DNA of 64,000 nucleotides from Lama glama (lineage: Eukaryota): assembly GCA_028534125.1 (NCBI GenBank), contig CM052817.1, positions 71,364,001-71,428,000 on the forward strand. Direction: 5' to 3'. Both the position numbers and the translations under genes were made by a program. A model generated the notes under the pieces. It did not search any database. It had not been told where the DNA came from and saw only the letters and a list, made by a program, of their open reading frames with translations. This document shows, piece by piece, positions 13,576-29,689 of this stretch (the first letter of the stretch is position 1; the number at the start of each line of letters is the position of its first letter).

Positions 13576-14263
13576 TGCTGATCTTTGTTTACTGTTGTGT
13601 CTCCAGTGCTTAGGCCAATCCCTGGCACACAATAGGTACTTAGTAAATGTTTATATGATAATAAAGATTTGTTTGACAAATACATGGAAAAATTAGAAAA
13701 CCAGAGTTTTCTTCCCTTCCAGATTCTAAAGGGTTATTACATTTTTTTTAATGTAAAGAGCAGCAAATATTTCAGTACTCCCATTTGTCTTAGAATCACA
13801 TGGAAGAAAATTAAAGTCAATATAACTGTCCCCCTACTGTCCTTGTGCTGACTGTCTTTGTGACCCTTACAGGTCTACTCTCTCTCCTCCCCATGGTCTG
13901 TGGCCAAGAGGCTGAGATTCCTCTGGCTTTTACTGGTTTCAGCAGGAGCTGGGAGGTTGTGAAGAGAAAGGAATGGTGGTATTTACACTTCTGGCTTTAT
14001 CCCTGCCGGCCCACTGACACAGTCCCCTTCTTACTTTATCCTTTCACTGTGTATTTGAATTGCTTGGGATAAATATTGGGAAACTAATTAAAACACTGTG
14101 TTAAAAAAAAACAATAGAATTTGTGGGCACGTTCTGACGTGTGTGAGAATGTGTGTGTGCGCATGCGCACGTGCAATTGGGGTAGTTTAGAATGTCTGTC
14201 ATTGCTTTTCAGTAAGTAAGAGGGGAAAGGAGTATTTTTGTTTAAAAAGTAAAGTTGATGTAA

Positions 14264-14398
<135 letters not shown>

Positions 14399-14603
14399 TA
14401 AGTATTTGTGAAAATAAAGACCTTTCTGCAGACATCACGTGAGAGTTCATGTTTGCTGTGCTAATGTACAAAATTTGTCGTTAAGACCTCAGGTGGTCAG
14501 TGGAATCGGAAACCAAGAAAATACATGAGATTTGTTCAAATGTGCAGAAATGGTATGGCTGGCATGCCTTCCTCATCCTTTTAATGTCTTTTGATTTTCA
14601 GTT

Positions 14604-14662
14604 ATTTTTTTTATTTAAACTTTTTTTATTGAGTTACAGTCATTTTACAATGTTGTGTCAAA
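14604..14662 (-). mobile_element. Extremely 5'-truncated young L1 tail
   Basis: Reverse complement (atttgacacaacattgtaaaatgactgtaactcaataaaaaaa) nearly matches the 3' end of the L1 at 31800-31840; ttgatttt on both sides. Confidence 0.8.
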
Positions 14663-14956
14663 TTGATTTTTAATTCTTGATTTAAAATTTTATTGTTTAG
14701 CTATCCTTTCATTTTAAGTAAAATCAAGTTTTTTGAAAAGAAGGAGCTGTAATTCAGTAACCAATGAGACATAAGTCCATTACCCTACCTACTTTGTTTT
14801 GAAATCTACATTGTTTCCTGAGAGAGGCTGATGTTTAGATTGCATGGCTTATGAATTTTATTTAGAAAAATCATAAGATGAGTTCAAGTGATAGGTCATT
14901 CCTAGATTTAGACAAGAGGAAAGAGAACTCTTGAAAGATTAGAAGGCTGTATGTTG

Positions 14957-15403
14957 TTTTTCATTGAAGTATAGTTGATTTACAATATTGTGTTAGTTTC
15001 AGCTGTACAGCAAAGTGATTCAGTTAAACATATATATGTATATATTCTTTTAAAATTCTGTTCCATTATAGTTTATTACAAGATATTGAATGTAGTTCCC
15101 TGTGCTATATGGTAAATTCTTGTTGTTTATTTTATATATGGTAGTGTGCATCTGTTAGTCCCCTACTCCCAATTTATCATTCCTCCCCTTTCCCCTTTGG
15201 TAACCATAAGTGTGTTTTCTATGTCTGTGAGTCTGTTTCTGTTTTGTAAATAAGTTTATTTGTACTATTTTTAAGATTCCACACATAAGGGATATCAATA
15301 ATATTTGTCTTTCTCTGTCTGACTAGCTTCACTTAGTATGATAATCTATTGTTCCATCCATGTTGCTGCAAATGGCATTATTTCATTCTTTTTTATGGCT
15401 GAG
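14957..15403 (-). mobile_element. L1 3' end (artiodactyl-type)
   Basis: attgaagtatagttgatttacaatattgtgttagtttcag...gttgctgcaaatggcattatttcattcttttttatggctgag; aaggctgt on both flanks. Confidence 0.85.
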
Positions 15404-16159
15404 GAAAGGCTGTTGTTAATTGTGAATTAGTGACAAATGTTTGTTTAGGTTTAGAGATTAATTTAAGGAGATTCCTTCCTAGTTAAAAAATCAGGGATAA
15501 AAGCTAACAGTTTTATTTATGATGGAAATTTTATGATAGTCTATGAGAAATAATATACTGGTAGAAATAGATACTTAATTTGGAGCCAGCCACATAATTA
15601 AAACAGTGGGAATGTAACCATCTCTAAACAAGCCAGTGAAAAGATAATAAATCATAATGACTTCCAAAAATGTACCTAAGCACCTGATATATGGAACTGA
15701 AAACTGACCAAGTTAACTGAGCATATCATATAAAACTCGATAATAAATACACTCTTCCTTTTATATTGTAATTTTACATATATAGTGAGTTTAACATATG
15801 CATAGCAGAGGGACAGGCTAGCAAGCTTCCATTGCCTTTTGCAGCATGAAACACTTAATTTAAGACTATGTACTCAAACACTTTCCATTAGTAATACACT
15901 ATAGTTTTTAAACAAATGATTCCTTTTTTATCCAATGATCTGAGCTTAATTCAACATTTTCTGTCCAAATTGTTCTACATAGAGAAGGTAATTTTTTGCT
16001 TTTGAAAATTATTTGTCCAACGTACAGTGCTATACTTTCTATATTCGTTGGTGTACCACTTTAGTTTATCCTAAAGTGATTTACATTGATGTTTTTAATG
16101 AAAGAATAAAAGAATTTTTTTCCATGCAAATTTTGTTTATTGTATGTTTTCTTGATTAA

Positions 16160-16438
<279 letters not shown>

Positions 16439-16456
16439 TAAATACAAAATATGTTT

Positions 16457-16477
16457 ACACACACACACACACACACA
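16457..16477. repeat. (AC)10 microsatellite
   Basis: Direct read. Confidence 0.95.
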
Positions 16478-16954
16478 TATTGGATAAAAAATAGTGGTAT
16501 GTAATCATTTCTCTTTGCCAAGATTTCTTAAAATCAGAATGAAAATATTAAACATTAAAAAACTTATTTAGGTATAAATACATGATTCAGCTGTTATCAT
16601 TGTGTTTTATAAAATGTCTTTTTCACAAATGATAATATCACCTTTAGGCATTAATGAATATCCACATATCCACTCGTGCAAAGATTAATAAATATAGATT
16701 TCTGTCCTATTATATTTTCAGATTTTGCATAGGGTATCATGTATTTTCATAAATACCTTTGAAACCATAGTAGTCTATGCTGACTGTTAAAAGAGAAGTG
16801 CAAATGATTGTGAGATTCTATAGCAGTGGGAGATTCATTTTGATTCAGGGAATCTGCAAAGACAATATTTGAACTGGGCCATGTGGTAAATAGAGTTGTA
16901 AAATGTTATCATTTGAAATACAGCTGCAAAAATTGGTCATTGTATATTAGTACT

Positions 16955-17076
16955 GCCAGGATGTGTTAACTAAACTTAATTCTGAATGTACTAGGGAGCC
17001 ATTGCATGTTCTTGAGCCAGGATGTGTTAACTAAACTTAATTCTGAATGTACTAGGGAGCCATTGCATGTTCTTGA
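16955..17076. repeat. Perfect 61-bp tandem duplication
   Basis: 16955-17015 is identical to 17016-17076. Confidence 0.95.
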
Positions 17077-18124
17077 GAAGGAAATGTATTTGGTAAGATT
17101 GGTACTTCAGGATAACCACTTAGGTAACAGTATAAGGGTTGTATTGGAATTTGGAGAGAAAGAAATCAGTTTGGAGTTTATGACAACTGTTCAGTCAGCA
17201 GTTAATAAAGGCCTAAGCTAGAACATTGCCATTTAAAAGAGGAATGGAGGATTAGAGTATTACCAAAAAATCACTGCGATTGAAAACCTGAGAGAATATG
17301 GTAACAGAATATGGTAACAAAATGAAGGTCGGGGGGGATGTTAAAGGTGCTTTCAGAATTTAGAAACTGGTTGGTTGAGAAGATGGAAAAACATGGTCCC
17401 TCTCTTTTAGGAAGAAGCTGACAAACGAAAAAGCTGTGTAAGATTTTTTTTTTTTGCCCACTCTCTTTGGTAATGAATTTCTAAATTTGTGTTATACATT
17501 AAATTATCAAGACAAGTATAATTTAAAATTTAATGTATTTTGAAGCTTCTTTAAAAATGGACATATTTTACAGTAAATCATAAGCTTGTGTATAATCATA
17601 GATTTTATCATCCATGCACCTAACATATATTTATTGAATCATTATAAGAAGTAGAGATACAGTGGAGAGTAAAACAAATACGGTTCCTGTGAAGTCATGG
17701 GGTCTAGTAGGGGAGATGTACATTATTTAAAAATATGTCTCCCAAATAAATGTAAAATGATGGTTTTGATTTATCAAGATATAGAGGGATTTAAAAATTC
17801 CTAACTAGAATGTAAAGAATATTCTAAACCAAAAAGCATAGGAGATATTTTGTAAATAATCTTACTGCAGTAATCTATGACTAATACAACTTCCTATTAA
17901 AGGCCGTTATGAAATAATTAGGTATGAAAATATCTAAATAACCATTTCCATCATTATAGTGCCATCTACTGGCATATAGTGGTGGCAGCTCAACTGCCAG
18001 TTCAGAATTTTAATGTGAAGATTGAAGGAATTCATTTTTAATTTAAAACACAGTTGTGCCTCTCCTGTAAACAAAACGATAGGGAGGATTATATCTAGTG
18101 TGGGGTTTTTGTTGAAAAACTATA

Positions 18125-18470
18125 GCTAATTCTGACACACACTACAACATAGATGAACCCGGAGGTCATTTTCCTAAGTGAAATAAGTGAGTCACAAAAG
18201 AGAAATATTGTATGATTCCACAGTTCTACTTAAGGTATCTAGAATAGTCACACTTACAAGAACAGAAAGTAGTGTAGTGTTTGCTGGGGACTAGGGGAGG
18301 GGGAGACAGGAAGTTGTTTCACGGGCATAGATTTTCAGTTTTGCAAGAAAAAAAAATTTCTGGAAATTGCTTGCACAGCAACGTGACTGTATTTAACACT
18401 ACTGAAACTGGGTTGTCTTAGGCTAATATGGTGAATTTTGTTTTATGCGTTTTCTGCCATAGTAAAAAAA
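18125..18470 (+). mobile_element. L1MB-like 3' fragment
   Basis: ctacaacatagatgaacc...ctaagtgaaataagtgagtcacaaaag...tattgtatgattcca...ttttcagttttgcaaga...aacactactgaa. Confidence 0.75.
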
Positions 18471-19572
18471 AACCCCACAATAGCTATATTAAAAAATCCC
18501 TTCCTACATTTATGACTTTAATTTGGGACAAAAGCTAGAGACCAAAATGAATCTTAATGGCAGCAGTCAATAATGATGGGTGGAGATCCATTTTCAACAG
18601 GACAGATCATTTGCATTTGCTGCCACTAGAGGGAGACATTCACCCTAATCCACCAAATTCATTGCTTATTTGCAAAGACTGGCCTGGGGAATGCGATGAC
18701 GTGATAAAAACTTTCAAACTTGTGGCTCCTTAGGCTTAGCCTCTAACCACTTGAGATAGTGTATTAAAACATTTCCCAGCTTACTAAATACTGGAATATC
18801 TTAGAGCAATTTCAGTGGCATGGAAAAGTGGGTTTAGTTGAAGTGGGATCAGAAGAGCCCACTTAGGGGTAGATTGGGGGCAGCAGATAATAAATGACTT
18901 TTGAAAAATTTGACTGAGAAGGGAAGAGACAGAAAGAAGCTAGAGAGGTTCAAGGGGATGAGGGAATTAAGATAGGAGAGACCTGAGGCTATTAATCAGC
19001 TAAGAGAAAGAAACTGGTAAAATGAAGAAAATGAATGTAAATGAAAAGAGTAACTGACAGAACAAGGTCCCAGAGAAGGCAGGAGGGATGACACCAGGAA
19101 CACAATCAATGGATGAATTTTAGTTAAGAGGAGAGATAGAAAGGGATGTGGGGGTCCAATGCAGGAAAATGTGTTAGTGGAGAGGGGAATTTGAAGAGAC
19201 TGTTAATTCAGTTATCTTAGATTTTTAAAAATCTTTACAACAACCTGTGAATTTAATGTACTACTTAATTACTGCCATTCAAAAGACAAGGAACCTAAGA
19301 CAAAAAAGGGTAAAATAACTTACTCAGTTAAGTTGTTTATTCTATCAGTAGTGACAGAATCACTGAACATGGAGATATTCCTGCCCTGGTCTCTCTCTCG
19401 TTGGTGTTATGTCAATTAGCCCACATTCTCCCACTCTCCATATTTTAGATGTCGTCATACCAGCAAGCTCCCATTCTAAGATGAGGTTCCCTCATCAAGT
19501 GGGTTCTCCTTGACACAGATGTAGGTAGTGGCTCATACTTTGCTTAGCAGCTGTATTAAAACATTGATTTAG

Positions 19573-19851
<279 letters not shown>

Positions 19852-20522
19852 TGACTGGAATCTGTGACTATTTTGATTGTTTGATGGCAGGGAGGAGGGG
19901 AAGATGTTGCAATCCTTACTAATTTGGGTATGTGTTAAAATTTCCAGAGATTTGGATTTCCTTTCACCTAAGAATCTTGTTGTGAGTTTGGGCTTTATCC
20001 CTCCAACCTCATCTTTTCTTCTCCTGAGCAGCTTTTACTTATCTGCTCCTTTTCAAAGACTCGGGCTAAAGGCACTAAGGACCAGGGTGGGGATGGGTAG
20101 AGGGAGCAATTTAGAAACCTGCAGTGGAAGCTTCTCTCTACACTGGGCCTTCCCAGCCACAGCCTGAGAGTGTCACTGAGTGAGCATCAGCTAGGAGTAA
20201 GTAAGCAAATGGAAAAGTCACTAAATGTCCCACAGTCACTCTTTCTGAATTGTCCTTTGTCAGTTTGACTAGATTACGAGTCAGGAAATAGGAATCCCAT
20301 CTTCCCAGATAGCTTCTTGAACAAAAGTACTGTCTAAACTCAATAAATACTCGTAAGGTAATAACATTCTGAGCTTATCTTAGAACCAGTGGCTCTTTAT
20401 AGGAACTCTTCTGAAATACTCTTGATATAGGCTTCATTTAGATAGAGAGTTTCTCTCCCCTAAAGCTGTGTGCTTGAGATCTGCATCAGTGGCACCCCTC
20501 TCATCTCCAAGCCCATCTGTGA

Positions 20523-20768
<246 letters not shown>

Positions 20769-21357
20769 TGATTTTTAATATTTTGTATTATTAAAAGCTT
20801 CCTTGCTTTTAAGTATGCCAAGCTGTCTTTTTTTTTTTTTTTCCCTCTGATAAGTTTGGTCTCCTTATTACAAACTAAATTTGATTGCTCTCCTCTGGCT
20901 GTAAAATTAATGAACAAAAGATAATATTCAAAGTCTGAAGTTCCATTGCTCCAGCCCCCCTATTTATGGTGGAGTAGCCTATCCTTGGAAATAAGTATCA
21001 GTATTTTACCAATTCAGGGAATATTCAAAGACATTTTGTTTAGAAGTTTTATGGCCTCAATTTTAGAGGTAGTCATATTACAACTCCTCTGCCACATGAC
21101 TGTCCCAGTAGTACTGATTTGCTTCCGTTGAATGTGCATCCAGACAGTTAAGGTGTATTTGGATTCATTTCTTGATATCTTATACCAAAAAGAATTTAAA
21201 TTTTATTTTAGATGTTTTAAAAAATTCATGTTTGTGTGATAGGCATGGTATAAGTTAGGTGACAGATTGATAGCAAGTAAATGGATTAAGTTATCTATGG
21301 ACCAGAATTGGGTATTTTGGATTTTCAGAACTTTCTATTAATTGTTGCCTTAGGATA

Positions 21358-22765
21358 ACAGTTCTCAATCTTTTTGGTTTGAGAGTCTTTTTACATTCTT
21401 AAAAATGATTGAAAATCTTTAGGGTTTTTGTTTGTGTGGGTTATATCTATCAAGATTTATATTAGAAATCAAAACTAAAAAATTAATATCTTTATTAAAA
21501 TTACAGTAATAGTCTGTTATATGTGAACATACTTTTATGAAAATAAAATAACTTTTTTCAAAACAAAAGTATGTAGTCAGAAGAATGGCATTATTTTACG
21601 TTTATATGTTTAATGTCTGGCTTAATAGTGGGCAGCCCGATTCTGCCAGCTGTCTCTCTGTTAGGTCTGTTGCTGTGTTGTTTTGGTTGAAGTCTGTGAA
21701 GAAAATCTGGTCTCAGACAGACATAGAGTTGGAAAAGGGAGGATTGTTCAGTAGCCGTTTCAGATGCCTTTCTTGTATATCTTCTTTTGATACTATATCA
21801 GAACTAGACAGGTAATTGTTTCTTAAAGCTAGCTGCAATGTTGAAACTGAAGCCATATCAGTGGACTTTTTGCCCTCTGCTACATTAAAATCCAGTGGTC
21901 TATTTTGTGTCTGTTGAGTAGATTTTTTGCCATGTATGATTTTGTAGCGTCATGTTTTAGTTGTTTTAAAATGTTGATTGAATTATACAGATCTTCCAAA
22001 TGTCATATTAATATACATAAAATCATATTTATTAATTTTTATCATCAAATTCATTAGAAAAGCCTTTGAATATCTGGATTTTGTCAAGCTCAAAGTGGTG
22101 GAAAATTTTCCAGAATTCTACTTTTCACTTGAAAGATCATATTTTATTATTGGCAACAAGCACTGTGAGTTATTTTCCTTGAAGTGAAAACATCCCTCCA
22201 TTCGTTTTTTAGAAAATACCGAATCATCAAATGTTAATGACACAGTTTATCAGTCATTCTTTCAGGTGAAAATCATGTTCAATGAAAAAAAGAGTCTAGT
22301 TTTGGCTTGCAACTCTGAGAGTTCACAAGTGCTTCTCCTCCAAACAGCTATCATAACCTCAGTACATACACAGTGTTTTATGTGTGTGTCCCGTTTCATT
22401 ATGCAGAATAGTAAAGAGCCAAGTAGCTCATGGTTAAGATTTCTAAAAATCAATTTTACTCCCTCATCATGGTTTTTTTAGGTGAAACTGGAGTGTGTGT
22501 GTTTGCGCACGCGTGTGTGTGTATGTGGCAGTGAAGAACACGACCACTAGTCGACCCCAGCAGAGAACATGCCACTAGTAGCATGACTTGGTTTAAGCTA
22601 AGGCACCACACCTTCACCCATCACTGCTTTTGCCCCATTGGTACCAGTGTCAACACAGTGAAAATAATGATACAGTTATTTGCCTTTTATGAAAGTAGTT
22701 TTGACCTTATAGACTCTGGGCAGTGAGACCCAGGGATCCATGGACCATGCTTAGAGAACACGTGG
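21358..22765. mobile_element. hAT-Charlie1a-like DNA transposon relic (about 1.4 kb)
   Basis: Begins cagttctcaatctttttggt..., ends ...ggaccatgcttagagaacac with degenerate TIRs; internal sequence resembles Charlie1; no intact transposase. Confidence 0.7.
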
Positions 22766-23288
22766 TGTTTTAGGGGATCCATTTCTCCCATATTCTCGAA
22801 AATTGCATGGGTCCCATGGTTATGTTAAATTATGGTTGTTTATGCCCTTCTACATTTCTGAATACAAGTTAAATCAGGCTAAAATAAATGTTGAAAGCAG
22901 CCTAAAGGAGGAGGAGTGTATGTGAAAGGCAGCTTGGGGAGATCATCTCACTAAGTTGTCCTTAGTAATGATGGGCTGTGATTATGAGTGGATTATGTTC
23001 GTAAGGATTTTGGTTTTCTACCTTTATTGGTTTTTTGCCAGTACCTAAACGAGTCCTGTCTTCCTTCCCTCCTTGCTCCCCCAACCCTCAATCATCAGGT
23101 GCACAGAGTGAAGCTGAGAGGGTATAGTATAGCAGGGAAGGTTTTTCTGAGTCACCAAACCCTATCAGTGTCTTTGAGTCCTCTTACTGTAAGCATGAGT
23201 CTGAACTCACAACCAACAAACGGCCATAAGTATAAATTAACTCAAACTTTTCTTGAATCACAGAAGGTAAATTAATTGTGTCTGTTGA

Positions 23289-23501
<213 letters not shown>

Positions 23502-26500
23502 TAATGTTGACCAAGTCTGCACAAACCTAGTGAGGCCGAACTTTGGACTCAAACTTTGGTTTTTCTCTTCTGAATAGTTTGCCTGAGAAAGATGGCTGCA
23601 TATTAGACTGAACATGATCTTTACTCATTGAGAGTTTTTGGACTGAAACTTCCTTGAAGAAGTCGAACTTGAAAACAAAGAGGAAAAATAGGCCAGAATA
23701 GATTTGAATGTATCCCCATCCACACCTAGTGTTTTTGGTATTTGGCCCATTTAGCTTTACTTCCATCAGTGTGACAAGCAGATGGTAATTGGTAAACAAA
23801 TACAGGTTGGTCGCTTCAGCTGCTCCAGAAAGTCCACAAACAGCAAGTGTTAGAATTTTTTCTTCTGTGTAGATCATTTATCACCAAAATGCTAAATAAT
23901 TTATTCAGTATATAACAACTTTAGGGCAGCTAATTCTTTTATATTCCGTATTCATTCATGAAACCAGTGGTCTTCGAACTGGGCTTAGCTCAGCCCTAGA
24001 GCGTCTGCAAACCCCACTCCTTCTTCACACTGGGTCTCTGCCTTTCAATCAGTGCAGGTCTGCTTTTAAACACTTTACTTATTTATATTCTGAGTAAGAT
24101 TTAATTTTAACACTGTATATGGCTAAAAATAAGTTTGAGAACTCTACATCAGGACACTGTATACACTTAACAAAGTGCTCGTCCAGCTTTTGTGGTTGGC
24201 AGAGTACAAAACCCCGGGACCTCTTACCCCTCCTTACAGGAATTTATTGGTGTGATTTTTGATTAAATACAAAGAGGTGGATATTTGTAGTAATAATGAT
24301 GTGTATGGAGCTTTAGAGTTTACCAGGTCCTTTAAATATATCCTCTAATTTGATCCTTATCATTTCACAGTTTTGAAAACTGAGACTAAGATATATTAAG
24401 TTAGTGACTTGACCAAAGATTTTGAAAATTATAACCAAATAATTCAATTCAAGGAAAGAAGTACTGGAATCCTTATCATGTAAAGAATGTTACTCATTTG
24501 GTGACTGTTTATCTGCCATAGTTTGTGCTAAGTTCTGGGGGTGCCGTGATGAGCTGAATATAGCTCCAGTCTCCAAGGTCGCAGTCTGATGTGGAGACAA
24601 TCAATGTGATAGAATACAATAATATTCATAATAAATATTAGCAGTATAGGGAACCTTTTCAAAGTCCCTAGGCATCCTTAGAGGCTCATAGAGCATATTT
24701 TGAAAGTCTAATGTTTGGGGGACTCTCAAGACCAAGATGAATGACAGATAATAACTTAGGCCACATGGGTGGGATGGGGGAGTGACTGAATGGCCAAAGA
24801 TTTGGGATACATATGCAATAGGCTGTGTTTGGCTTCATACCTGGAGATTGTACTTTGCCTTGTGCAGAATAAATGAAACTGACTGCCTTGATGAAAATTA
24901 CATCTTTCCCTCCCTGGATTGTGATCTATTTTGTCTTAGTCTGTAGAGTTTTAGTTCTGCCTAAAGTTGGGGTCTTATTTATGTTTTGCAGTGAGATTTC
25001 ATTCCAAACAAGCATCTATGCTAATAAGTTTGAAAACTTTATATCAGATTTTAGGTCAATGTATTTTTATTCCCCAGAGATACACAGAGTGATATGTGGC
25101 AAGTAGATCTGTATACAACATAGCAAAGTGATTCAATCATAAAGTCTCATTGTCAAGTTTACTAAAATCATGAGTTTTTCTAAATTCATGAATAAAATGT
25201 AAAATTCTTAATGTAGCATGTTGAGCCCTGGAGAAACTAGCCTGAATCCAACTCACCAGCCTCCATTTGTGCCCTTCTGTCCCCAGCTTTCTGTGGCCTG
25301 ATTTAACTACACTGGCCTTGCCTGTAACATGCTAGTGGTGTTTTCTCGGCCCGCAGTGCCCTTTCTACCCGCTCCCCTCCAAGTCTTGTGTATCCTTCAG
25401 ATCTCAGCTTAATGTGCACTTTCTCAGAAAGCTTTTCCTAGCCTCCTGACCAGGTGAGGTGAGAGTTGTTTCAGTTCTCTAGGAACCCTGAACTGTTTCT
25501 TGCTTGTGCTTATTATACTTAAGTAATTAATCATGTAGAAAGCAGAGCCTTTGTCTGTATTTTCCACCACGATAATTTTGGCCCTCATTACGATCTGGCA
25601 TATAATAGGTACCTCTGAATGAATTAATTTTACTAGTTTTACTAACAGACCCCAGAGTGTTCTAGTGGGATAAGGCTGATTCTGATTCAGGCTGTCACCT
25701 GAACACTCTTCTTTATCAGCCTTATCTAAATATGTATAATAATTTATAATTCTCAAAAGACTTTTTTTAAGTCACTTTTTCTTCAAGTTCTTAAAACAAT
25801 CATGTGAAGTAGACTAGACAGAAACTGTCAACCTGTGTTTTAGGGAGGAGGCATGTGAAACAATACATTCCTTCCTTCTGGAGCTGGTTTGTGGCAGAAA
25901 GAACTTTGACTACGGCCCATCCCTCCTGCAGATACACATCTATTGCTTTTCATTATGCAAAGCTGCCTTGGGGTTTGCAAGTTACCAAATAAATCCTGAC
26001 TCATACTCTAATTTGAAATAATTCTGCAAGTGATTTAGAAGTCTTGGGTAACTGGATACTGTCCACCATACACTCTGAACAGCCTTGTGATTTGGGAGCT
26101 AGTCTTCCAAATAAATGCCACATCAAATGGATAATTGATTTAGTCTGAACTTATCCATCTTGAAGAGTCATGAGTGACAGGAGGTGATCAAGCAAGCATG
26201 AAGGGTATGTGTTCCCACAAGAGAAATCTTGCTCTAAAAGCTAAGCAAATCAAATGCAATTACCGGATGTCTGCATTCACATGACACCTAGATACTACTT
26301 AGGTCATTTAACTTTCTTTAATTTATAGGCAACTTTGGAGGGCTTCTTGACTTCTTCTGTACTCAGATGAGCAAACTTAGCAGTGGAAAGGCAGAAAATA
26401 GTTTATATCTTACTGTGGTATGTCAGATACTCCAACTCCAACAGGGAGGAGTCATTTGAAGAATGACTATATAATTAAGTAGTTAAAGGAAAAAAAAAAA

Positions 26501-26954
26501 CTTGCTCATGTTAATGGCTCAATATGCAGCTCCATCCCCTGAGGCATATGCATCTCAGTGGGGTATGAAATGAAATGATCCATTTATAGCATTTAGTTTT
26601 TATGGTTCGTGACTCTGTAAAAGTGCCTTGAGGTTTGCAAGTCACTGCATAAGTCTTGATAATCATGAATTTTGACATACATTTTCTGTTATATATGAAA
26701 CATAACTTTAGTAAATTGATGATAAATCTTTTCGTAATTAAATCTCTTTGCCATGTTGGTACACAGATCTACTTGCTCCATATTAGTCTGTGTGTCTGTG
26801 CGGGATAAAAATATATTGACCTCTTTCGTATGTCATGATGGTTGGGAATTTTCAAATAGGCAGTAACATTCTTGAAATTCGAGTTCATTTACTTTGAGAC
26901 ATTTTGTATTTCAAGTTTTCAGATTGTTAAAGAATTATAAATCAGTTGGCTTAG

Positions 26955-27362
<408 letters not shown>

Positions 27363-27973
27363 TGAATCAGAAACACTCTCTCAGATCTTGCTGATTCAGT
27401 GTCTCCAGAAGGATTTATATAATCAGTAGGGTTGAATAAATTATTTGATATTATCTAAAAAGGTAATGGATGTATGTATAGAAAATATGAAACATATATT
27501 GTTATATTGAGTTTATATTAAAAGTTCATAATACATGCAATTGACATTAAGGAGAATTTATAATTAGCTTCAGAAGCATGAATTTGAGTTCAAGTCTAAT
27601 TGATAAACTCCCCAATTCCAATAAAAATACATTTTTCCCCCAAAAGCTTAGGTCGTAAGTTTTAGTTTATTAAATAGGTCTTGCTGGATGGGTTTCTATT
27701 TTGTATTGATAGCCATTACTGTAAAAATCTCAATTCTTATGGTCTCAAACTCTGGCAACAGAGTGATTCATTTACACATACTTAACTAATCGAACACCAA
27801 GAAATCTGTAAAAATTAATTCATAAGTGAACTTTATGTCCAAGATGCAGGATTTGCATTACATTTGCAAATGCATTACATTATACCTATAAATAGCTGAA
27901 TGATCATATGTGAGATTACACTGTTCTTTACTACCATTTCATTTATACCAGGATTCCCTGCATATTTCACTAG

Positions 27974-28135
<162 letters not shown>

Positions 28136-29689
28136 TGAGGGAGATGGGTGAAGCAGGCCTTAGAGAATCAAAGAACATTGGGTGTGGTGGGCTGAGAAAA
28201 GACAGGATATAATTGGGGTGACACACATGTTCAGACTAAAAGAGGAGTTGTGTGATCTGTTCAAACTGATATATTGCAGTACTTGGTAAATAGTCAAGTT
28301 CATGTCCTTTTGCTGTGACCACACTAGTCAGCTTCAGAACCCCTCAGAGGCTGTTTTCCCCTCCACCTTTCTAATTCTTTCTCTGAGGGCTGAGTGACAT
28401 CAGTGCTTCATCAATACCCCATGCCTGGAGCCGTCACGGGGGGAATTGGACAGCATTTACTTTTCACTGAATCTGGCAATTGAACTGTGGTGAACTGCAG
28501 AGCTCGTGTAGGTTTGTTGGAAGCCACTGCTGTGTGTGAAGGAAAGGAGGTATGGTTTTGTGAAAGGGCTCACCAGCTGGCTCTTGATAAGTTCAAGCCA
28601 CTGACATTTAGATATAAGCAAGGTATGATTAAGAGCTGTTTCATAATCACCATCCTCTGCCAAGGTCTGGGTGTGACTTGTTGGGTTGGGAGTTCACTGA
28701 GTGAATGTCATGTACCATTCCAGGTGTCAGTAGGACAGCATCGCTATACAAGTGAAGACCTGCCTGAAGCCATCGTGGCCCAGTGAAATATTATGTCAGG
28801 TTTTACAGGGCTTTAAAATGTCTCTTTCAGTATTTTCTTTTCCTTCTGAAAACAAAAATCTTTTCACGGTGAGGGGCAGGTGCCCTGATAAAAAAACTAA
28901 AATGGCATTGCTTTCTACCACATGTTGAGGTTAAAGATGAAATATCAATCATAACTAGCAATTCTCTGGATCTGATGGTTTAAATCAGACCTTTATCAGA
29001 TTAGTTTTGTGGAGTCCACAGAAATCTGTAAATGCTCCTTTAAGCACATATTTGGCTGTCAGTCAGGAAAATGTCACTGCTCTAATTAAGCAGGCTCATA
29101 GATAATTTAGACAAATAGGCTTTGTATTTCATTTACTTTGAAGAGAAAGGAAGGTGTACTTTCTTGGATGTTTACACTGACCATACTCTGAATTCTCACT
29201 CTGTTACTAACCCACCTCCTTCCATGCAGCAAGGTATCGTGGCCCAGCCTGCCTGCCTGGCATGGAGTCCTCAGGCCACATGGAAGCACTGGACTTGTCC
29301 TTGTTCTCCATGCTGCCCCTCTGCTTCCAAGTATATATGTAGATACCGTGCTTTGATCCATGCCTGGCACAGAATAAGTGCTGTTTAAAATTGTTGTTGC
29401 TGTTCTTAAGAGTAGTTGTATTTCTTGGCTGAGAGTACATCTTTGTTTTTGCTTCTTGGAAAAGCTCTCTCTCATTCTCAAGGTGATATTTCATAGAGAT
29501 TACAATAGGATGTCGGTTAAAAAAAAAAAAGAAGACTCCATTTGGGCTATTCCAGATAGTGATTCATTGTGACAAATATTTAACTGGCCCCTGTTAGTGC
29601 AAAGACATAGTACTGGGATCTTTGAGGAATACCAAGATGATAAGGCTGTCCTTGCTTACAAGAATATGACATAAAAGAAATGCAGCTGT

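Noticed and set aside
13177..13685. Cluster of overlapping ORFs
   Set aside because: Caused by the CT-rich low-complexity tract and an L2 relic.
16955..17076. CRISPR-like direct repeats
   Set aside because: Two abutting copies without spacers in a mammalian intron.
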